From Balanoglossus misakiensis (taxonomy: Eukaryota; Animalia; Hemichordata), in contig CM082587.2 of NCBI GenBank assembly GCA_040954595.2, positions 6,685,705-6,749,704 on the forward strand: 64,000 nucleotides of DNA. Reading direction: 5' to 3'. The notes under the pieces were generated by a model. It was not told the DNA's origin, searched no databases, and saw nothing but the letters and a program-made list of their open reading frames with translations. Every line of letters begins with the position of its first letter. Position 1 is the first letter of the stretch. Made by a program: the position numbers and the translations under genes. Positions 12,501-21,474 of the stretch are shown one piece after another.

Positions 12501-14170
12501 GTCGGGAGTGACAACATCCTACGAAAATCAATAGCATTGGGTAGAAAGCAAACAAAACAAAAAAAACACAGCTTATTACAGGTAGTATGCACCTCTAAAT
12601 ATAATGGCGAGGGGGGGGGGGGTATCACATGTACAACTTCAAGGATCATTTTAACACAGAAAAAAAGCACACACACATAGTATGGAATAATGAAAACGTA
12701 ACAAGGTTTTATAAGGAAAGTCAAATCAACAATTGCAGTGCATTACACATTCACATCCTGCAAAATAAATTATGTTGCGAGCAATAGACATGACACAAAA
12801 ATGAACATTTCTGAGTATCGCTGTACAAGCACAGTCGGTGGGCGGCATGTTTTCCAAACAACAGAATACACGTATACCAGGCCAGATGGGCAGAACAAGA
12901 TTGACTAAGCATGCAAAAGGATAAAATTCTGAATTTAGATGAATTTATGAGGTGATATTCAACAGTTTAAATGACAGTATAAGCTGATAAATGTGTCTCA
13001 AATTTCAAAGACTCCTTAACTTACAGAGGTTTTGAGCTATTCCTAGTGGGCACTAATGATATACACACACTGTACAATGTACATTCCTAATAACTGAAGA
13101 AAACTAGAAATCTGCCCTTCAAACAGTACAAAAATGTCACTGTTACAACCACAAACACATGAAGTGATCAGTCGATGTGGGATCTTGATAAAAAACACTG
13201 TTACATTGCAGCTTGCTAGTACTGTGATGCCAAGATGAATTCAGGTCAAAGTGACATAGGACATAATACAGTGGTGATTCGTAGTCACATGACAGCCATA
13301 GCGAAATGAGTGTACAGTAAACTGGGGTCGAACAAACTTTTAGTGAAACCATACGGTAATAAACAAATTGAATTTGCACTAAAATAATACCGTACATAAC
13401 AACGTATTCAGGTCTGTTAAAACTAATTCCGTATAATCAAAACACACATTGTAAATGAAATACTACACAATGATGGGTATTATCGTTGACGTTGCAGTGA
13501 ACTCAATTGCACAATACATGATGTGTAGTGTAGCCTAGTGTACATTTCAGTGACATTCCACACACAAACCCAACCATATCGTTACCACGTCGTATAAGCA
13601 AATAAATACTCATCGGCCATATAAAATTTCACGTTTAACGACAGAAGGAGAAGAAAACATCGACAGCAGTGGATTTTAAAACGTGCCTTTGCATTCTTTG
13701 GCATTGTAGTGATATATTAGCGAGAGCGAGAAACGGGTGTGTTGTTGTGACTACACCCACATAGTGAACAGTGATATCAACATCATCTCGGCAGAGCCAG
13801 CGATCATGATGTTAATAACATGATCAAGCAACATTTTCAAGTGTCCGAGTGATCAAGTTAATACAACAACTAATCTAATGTAGTAGATTTAGAATAAACC
13901 TTGGATTAATGCATTTTCGAATGCTCTGTACAGTACGGTATTGTTGCTAATGCTATGTAGATTGACTGATTGTATGATGTACATGTATGCACCGAGCTGA
14001 TCACACGGGTCACTTTTTCTCCTTGTACAAGATCGCCTTAATCCGTTACCGCACACCACCGAAGAGCGATCGATGGATATATCACCATTTGGAAAATGCA
14101 TTCCCAATATAAGATTTTACCCACCTGACACTACCATCGCCTCGTTTGGCCCGCAAGTTTCGAAACCCAT
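6535..14170 (-). CDS. FLOT1: Flotillin-1 (reggie-2), 427 aa, 11 coding exons with two alternative forms of exon 2
   Basis: Minus-strand exons 14170-14125, [12518-12352 or 12283-12117], 11103-10960, 10725-10606, 8996-8901, 8685-8533, 8187-8006, 7609-7564, 7333-7196, 6871-6707 and 6561-6535 (TAG), all GT-AG and in frame (1284 nt). Protein [16 protein letters not shown]...[22 protein letters not shown]...[10 protein letters not shown]...[28 protein letters not shown]...[10 protein letters not shown] matches flotillin-1 rather than flotillin-2. Confidence 0.97.
7825..7848. repeat. (TG)n microsatellite in FLOT1 intron
   Basis: Direct reading of the tandem dinucleotide. Confidence 0.9.
8243..8434. 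mobile_element. MITE-like element (Tc1/mariner-type CAGT termini) in FLOT1 intron
   Basis: Imperfect terminal inverted repeats AGTCAATCCTGT / ACAGGCTTGACT(GTA), with internal tggcc...tataga(c/g)agg sub-repeats. Confidence 0.55.
12117..12283 (-). CDS. FLOT1: FLOT1 alternative exon 2B ([56 protein letters not shown])
   Basis: 167 nt, acceptor ttccgtag with upstream TACTAAT branch-point-like sequence, donor gtttgt, same phases as exon 2A. Confidence 0.9.
12352..12518 (-). CDS. FLOT1: FLOT1 alternative exon 2A ([56 protein letters not shown])
   Basis: 167 nt, acceptor ttttcgtag, donor gtgtgt, phase 1 in and phase 0 out, open frame. Confidence 0.9.
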
Positions 14171-15177
14171 TTTCGCTTGATGTTTTCCCTGCAAATCCAA
14201 GATGGCCACCGACCTTCTTTACACCTACCACGTACCCACGTTTTACGGAAAATATGAAAGTGTTGATTTTTTCGCAAAGTTTATATTCTTTTGACGGATT
14301 CAACAAGAGAGATCTGTTTAAAATGAATACTAAAACAATGCTAATGACAACGGGTCGTAATGTCTGTAAAATTTTGCTAGAAAGTCAGTCAATGTTGCAT
14401 TGTGGGAGAAACTCACTAGGTATGAGGTAATGGAAGAACCTGGGAAAAACGCATCATCCGTGCTGCATATAAAAGTAGTAAATAATAAAGTGTTTGCTGT
14501 CAAAACAAATTCAGTTTGTCTTCAGTCGAAAATATTCCTATTCCCTTAAAATATACCAACCCCATTTTAACGCACATTTCCATGATTTGTTTTTTACAAG
14601 AAAAACTGAAATCCTACATACACACCTTTGGTGTCTTTCAAACTTTATAATGAGAGAATTATTAAATTACAAAATCAATGAAATAGTAACTCATTCTCAT
14701 ATATTTACATACGGTCATTCATCAGATAGGCGAAGTTTTAATTTTACCAACAAATTTCAAAAGACGGTGGAGTTTTGTTGACGAGAAAGCATGCTTATCA
14801 TTGTGACCAAGTTGTGGAACTTCTCGGGTGAGATGGGTACAGTCATGTATTGACAATCCACGCGCTCGCATTCCCCATGTTATTTTAGATGCATCACTAC
14901 AGTCCGTTAAAACAAGAAAAGAGGGGTGCTTTTCCACGAATACAGCCCGAAAGGATTGCTTTTTACAAGTCTTGTCGGATACTCAAAGTACACTGTTGTA
15001 AAGTCAAAGTCTGCTAAGTAAAACAGGTACGCGTCATCATCACTAATCCACTTCTCTTGACATAGAGGGCGCTGTTTAACAAACAGCTGTACGTTGATTT
15101 CATGTGTTGTTGAATCGGTGCTGTCGACTTAAATATGACGGTGATATTATGTAGTATATGATTGTATAGTTACAATT
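14171..15177. promoter_or_regulatory. Head-to-head (bidirectional) promoter region of FLOT1 and NUBPL
   Basis: Divergent start codons about 1 kb apart and locally more CpG. Contains YY1-like AAGATGGCCA (~14199), ZNF143/SBS-like GCATTGTGGGAG (~14397) and CTCF-like AGAGGGCGCT (~15064). Motif assignments are by eye. Confidence 0.55.
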
Positions 15178-18100
15178 ATGGGTACGCTTACAGCTACAAG
15201 AGTTTCAGGTATCATAAAAAGTGTTCTCCGCTCCACATCGGTGACGTATTTAGCCATACTCGGTAGCAGTAGCAGGCGTACGGTGTCATCGCACGATAAC
15301 CCATTTGTAAGTTCTCAAATTCTCTGGCACGTTTTTATGGACGCATACTTCTTGACTGTGAGTGTCATCGGGTCTTGGGGATCAAGAATGTTTTGGTTTT
15401 TGTCAGGGTGAATGAATGGAACGGTACTTGTGCATGTACGTGTGCGTGCGTGCGTGTTTACACGGGCATATGAAGTTGTACACGTGCATGTCACGCTGAG
15501 CTACCCTGTGCGCATGTTCGGTGGGGACAAATGGTACAGCGCCGCCACAGTCAAGAAATGATTTCTAATAATATAATCATCACCTGTCTTCGTTGGTTTT
15601 CTTTCAGGGAATAAATGGTGGTAAAAATCAAACTGAGAGACAGAAGGCAGTTAGTGACAGAAGTAGCAGGGGTTTACCAAAGAAATGGCCGATTGCCGGT
15701 GTGAAACAAGTAATTGTGGTAGCGTCTGGCAAAGGTGGAGTTGGAAAATCGACCACAGCAGGTGTGTTCAACATGAATCTCAAAAAAGTTGTCAACTAAA
15801 ATATTTGCTTGAGTGAATAGAAAATGTTGTTTTGATCTGTTTGACAGTCTGGTTATCTATTTTGTCTCGATAGTAAACTTAGCACTGGGCATATCTGCAA
15901 ACAATAAGGTAAGTGTTTCTCACTATACTTGATTTTGGGTTCGAGGAACAACAACATTGTTATCTCACAGGAAAACTCTTCACTACTAGTATGTTGATTA
16001 GTGACAACTAAACATTTTAGTTTCACAAGGAAAACTGCAAGAACATTGTTGGTTCATAGACCAGCACCATCAATTTCTTCTAGTAAAATTCTAAAAAGTT
16101 TGCCCCCACCAGAACAGCCAGAAGTAAGAATTAAATAAATTTGATAATAGTGTATCACTATGACCTTTTACCCTTGTGCCTGTTGTCAGACATAAAGGTA
16201 AAATAGTTTTATTACCAACCCAAGCAAGTTAGGAAGGAAAAGTTGTCACAGTTATATTTGATGATTATTACTTAGTATATTGTATTTTATAGAACAAATC
16301 GGTTGGAATTTTGGATGCAGATATCTACGGTCCATCAATACCCTGTATGATGAACTTAGCAAATCAACAACCAGAACTCACTTCACGTAGGTTAAATCTT
16401 TTATGTCGATTTACCATACAAGTTTGAAGCAGATTTAGATTGTAGAAGAAAAATATTAATTTTAATTTTTTCATTTGCGGATCTAAACTAACCATACATT
16501 GTACATTTGATCATTTGCAGAAAATTTGATGAAACCCCTGGTGAACTTTGGCATTTCATGGTAAGCCATTAGTTTCATGCTGTTCTGTTTTATCTATGAT
16601 ACTAATTAGTACACTAGATAAATGTAATGTTACAGATTTTAAAGTACACTGTTATCAAATGAATAATTTTGAGAAATTGATAAAGGAATGATAATGATAG
16701 GAAGACCAAATTTAATGTATTGTAGGACATTTAGTGTCGTAAATGTTGTTTGCATTGCAGGATGTGATGTTTTTATTTAATCCATTTGGAATTATTAATC
16801 TCAGAAGATTTCCAGCTCAATCCTGTAATTTTTACGTTGACAGCATGTCCATGGGTTTTCTTGTTGATGAGAAGTCACCGATCGTCTGGAGAGGCTTAAT
16901 GGTGATGTCAGCGATAGAAAAACTCATCAGGCAGGTCAGTTGAATATTCTAACGATGTCTTGTCTGCAAAAGATCTAGTCATCTTTTACCATGTCTCTAA
17001 CTGATAGATGGGAAATGCCCTATTGGCAAATGTCATTGATGTAACTATGTCTGGATACCGGTACTATATAACCATGGATACTGTGTTAGCTTGTGTCATC
17101 ATATTTGTATTCTGGGTCCTCATCTGTACGTCCAAATCAGAGGATGGATGTACTGATCGAAAACACATAGTTGATCACATTAGGCACTGAATGGCACTGC
17201 TACTGTGTGTACTTATCAGATCTACGGTACTTCACATAAAACCTTCACCTTGTTTACTTTGATCAAATGATAAATGTCTTCTCCACGTGCCACAGTGTAA
17301 CCTGCAATCGTATGGAAAACACACTCCCTCTTAAGATGTGCTCTTGATTTTATGGAATAGTCACTGTCTTCAATCGGAACTTTGCCAGCTGTGCGTCTTT
17401 AAAAAAGGGACTCGACATGACATCCTTTTGTGACACTAAATGATTGCATGACTTTGAATTCAAGGTTGCTTGCCAGACTGACTGTGTGAATTTTGTCGGT
17501 TTATGCAATGTACACACATGCAAAGTAATGACCAGGTGATCTACGTGTGCCCATAGTTGGCCTGTGGATTATTTTTGACAGATCCTACACAAAAAAGAAA
17601 TTAGCACTATAATTCTCAATGGAAATATCTTGCTTTTTTCTTTCAACCAGGTAGCGTGGGGGCCTTTGGATTACCTGATAATTGATATGCCACCAGGAAC
17701 GGGGGATACCCAATTGTCTGTGTCACAGCTCATCCCAGTTGCAGGTAAATATGTACCTGTACATAGATATTAATAGTCTCTGAAGTTGGCTTTGGAAATT
17801 TCCTGATTATTCTTTGGGCGAGTTGCTTTTCTCAAACAAAAAACAAAGCAATCCTTATGAAAATTTCACCTCATAACAACTCCACCCCCTCTGATTTAGC
17901 CAGGCATTGTTATTGCATTCATCCTACATAGCACCCACATTGACCTATGACCTTTGACCTTAGGTGCTGTTATTGTGTCCACGCCTCAAGATTTAGCGTT
18001 GTTGGATGCCAGACGTGCAGCTGAAATGTTCAGAAAAGTTCACATACCAGTAAGTTTCACCAGAATTTACAAAACCTTAAAGTCTGATTTTATAGATTTG

Positions 18101-19015
18101 ACTTAATTTTGGTCAAACTGGTTTATTCATATCACTATCTTAATTAAGAAGACATATCTTCTTACTACTAAAGTATTTTAATTGGTCAAAGTATCGCAAT
18201 ACATTATCATAACTGGTACACACCGAAGTAATATCGATGTACACCACTAGAGGACGCTGTTCACAGTTACTGGAATGTTTAATGTTTAATTCAGCAGACC
18301 CTGTATTGGCTATTATTAATGTATATTTTGAGTAATTGTCTTGAAAATAACGTTAATTCAACACCATCATCTTGAACTCACCATCAGTATGTGTAATACA
18401 CAGAGTGTTCCCATTTCTCATTCAGCTTTTAGGGCTCGTACAGAATATGAGCGTGTTTGAATGTCCAAAATGCCACCACCAAACACACATCTTTGGACAC
18501 GATGGTGCTAAACACATCGCCATGGAAATGGGCATTGATATTCTCGGTGAGTTTCTTCACAGATAATCAAGAATGTATGTTTTTTTCTCTGCATTTCTTC
18601 TTACCAGCAGGTATCTGTGTGTGCATGGGTGGATATGTGAACTGCACTAAAGTCTATTTCACTATTTAGTTACTTACTTGTCATTCTGCATGCTTGCTAT
18701 TTATATTTGTCATATACATGTATTAGCCATCGATTGACTGAGGACATTTGAGTTAACTATCCCAATAAGGTTCAGGCCATCTTAAACACCACCAATAAGC
18801 AACATCTAGTGAATTCCAAGACGAATGTTACTATTTTTGCAGGTGATATACCTTTGGACATTGGAATACGAGAAACGTCAGACAGTGGCAAACCAATAAC
18901 AGTGTCAAGACCAGACAGCTCGGTGGCAATGGCGTATTTCAAACTTGCTGATGAGGTCATCAAAAAGTTACCTGAGTATGTCGATCCCCTCGAAAGTCCC
19001 GGAAGAATATCATGA
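15178..19015 (+). CDS. NUBPL: Iron-sulfur cluster transfer protein NUBPL/Ind1 (Mrp/NBP35 P-loop NTPase, mitochondrial), 338 aa
   Basis: Exons 15178-15306, 15608-15761, 15874-15908, 16293-16386, 16521-16560, 16844-16934, 17651-17744, 17964-18049, 18426-18546 and 18843-19015 (1017 nt, in frame). Motifs: R/S-rich presequence, [87 protein letters not shown]. Confidence 0.96.
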
Positions 19016-21474
19016 TTTTGATTCCATGCAATTGTGACGTCTTCTCTTGGAGAGTTTGTGGCCTAGCTGGTACAAGATACATGTAAGAGGTGACAAGAAA
19101 ATGATACCATAGCTAAATAAACATGATGTCTGGTCAATCAAGATATTGGACGAGTAAATGGTAGCCAAGAGCATGGACAAGCTGTGAAGACCATGGATAG
19201 ATAGCTCCGACTTTGGTTAATAGTCAAGACCACAAGATAAGGAAGACAGAAATTTTACATGGTAATGATTGTGGGGTACTGCATGGTTGATGTCAATTAT
19301 TTGTTCATTTGCATATTTAATGAACTTTTATAATTAGTCACAGATTTAATGAAACATGCTACAATTAATTACCTGAACGCACCAGTGGTATAGATATTGA
19401 TCTTATAGGTATTTCAACTGGTCTATGAGACATTGAGTAGTATCTTGTTAATTTGCATATTTAGCAAATGTGAGATTATCGCTCAATATCCGAGTTGCAA
19501 AACCAATTTGAAAACATGATATTGCCTATTTGCACATATCACACCACATACACATGTGCATATTCACTTCACATCTGGTTTTGGCGTCGTAAAGCTCGGT
19601 TCTAGTTTGTGATTTAAGTAATTTCTCGTGTATTTCTGATCGCTATGCGCGAAACTGTTTGAGTCAGGCGAGCAAGATGCTGAAGACTGGTTTGGCAGTA
19701 ACTACCCGCATCGCGTTAAGCCCTGCTGAACAGGTTCCGCTCTGATGCATTCGCCATCAACTAGTAATTTGCAACTTAACAAAATACTGATTTAGATTCA
19801 CTGTCAACCCTGGGGATTCCATCAGGCTTCACCTGCCTGACTGGGTCAACATGAACGATAAAGCCTAAGCCCAATCCCCGGGCCTATCAGATGTGCCATC
19901 TGAAATTAGGCTCTGTGTAGGGTGTTTGATGAATGTGCATGGCGCTTTCTGGGAGAGGGGGGGGGGAAGGCAATTTCTTTAGCAATTTTGAAAGAGCTTT
20001 TATTTGCTTTCACCTTCTACCATATCTTTAACTTTTATATCCTTTGTTTTTTATTAAAATTTATTGCGCGCAACACCTCATGGAGACACACATGCCTTTG
20101 GTTTTGAGAACAAGTATTCAAGTATCGGCATTCAATCTCGGGTTGTTGCATTAGGTCCTAAAAAGCACATTGGAAACCAGTATGGTGCATTTAACGTTCA
20201 ATCATTTATTTCAAAATCTTACCAAGCCTAAAAAAACTTACATGAAGGCACTTAATGAACTCATTGGCAAGCTCCTCTAACCCTGTTCAAATGCTGTAAA
20301 TTCCACAGTCGTCTAAAATTGTTAAATTGTCATGTAACCTACATTGTATTGTGCAGTCTTTTGACATAGAAACTGAAAAAGCGATCTTGGTTAATTTGTT
20401 CATGTTGCTGTCAAATCATTCAAAATTTCACACAAATAAGGCACATAAAATTACTTAAAACATATGGTTTAAATTCAAAGGGTTATACCAGTATTCATTA
20501 AGATGGCGACCATCAGAGCTATCTGAAAGCACCAACAAACGCAATAAAATGATCATCCCAAACTGTGAATTAAAAAATATGTCTAACAAGAACCACGTTA
20601 TGTTACCTTAGCACCGATAAATAATAATGAATGATTCAAATGTTACAAAAACCTTTGGTTTTACTGTGAAACTAAAACATTAATTTCTTTCCAAAACCCA
20701 ATTAAATTTCGATATGGTTATAACAATTGACACAAATTATGCATAAACAGGCACAATTAAAATATTACTATTCAACTAAATTTTCCTTTATAAATTAAAG
20801 TCAGTGGGCTTATTTATTTTAGATCGGTAAAAAATAAATATACCATCTAGTCTGGAAATCGGAAATTTTGATTATGATATTCATGATGTATTGCTGTTAC
20901 GCTGTGCATAGTTTTCAGTTGCGTAGGGTATTATGTAGAGAGAGATAAAATGTAAATAATTTGTAATCTGTTCAATGTTAGTTGTTGAGTGTAACATATT
21001 CAAAAATAATATTAATGTGACGATATAATATTGAATAAACAAGCCTTACATAAAACCAATGATACAATATATGGTTGCATATAAGATTACATCAGCGGTA
21101 GTTTTCAAAACAATAAAAGGCAACATGGGAGAAAATGGCAGCAAAATATCTAGTGCGTAAAATATGAGGTTTGTTATCGTAGAGTATTGGACCTATCTCG
21201 AAATGGAATGATTCATAAACGTGTGTCAAAATTTTACAGAATACATCTTTCAGTAGATGTTGCATGCCTATAATTGAGATGGTGAGCATATTGTATCTAG
21301 AACAAAGTATGAAGGCTTATCGGAATTTATGGTATCATCTGTCAAAGGCAGATGAGGATTCGAAAAAAACATCGAAACTATGGTCTGTAGATATAATGTT
21401 TTGTCGCGGAAGGTCCCATGAGTTGTGGAGCGTTAGGAGTTCTTCATTTAGTCCGTCATTTTCAATTTCCAATA

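Noticed and set aside
11451-12622. C-run (11662-11677) and G-runs (12610-12622, 11451-11474) flanking the alternative exons as RNA docking/selector pairs
   Set aside because: G/C homopolymers are common throughout the window, and I found no specific complementary docking sequence.
14153-14170. N-myristoylation of FLOT1 (MGFETC)
   Set aside because: Gly2 is present, but Phe3 and the lack of Ser/Thr at position 6 fit the consensus poorly, so it cannot be supported.
18244-18259. CTCF-like sites (also ~3648, ~15064, ~52165) as insulators
   Set aside because: Partial matches only, not supportable without a PWM scan or ChIP data.
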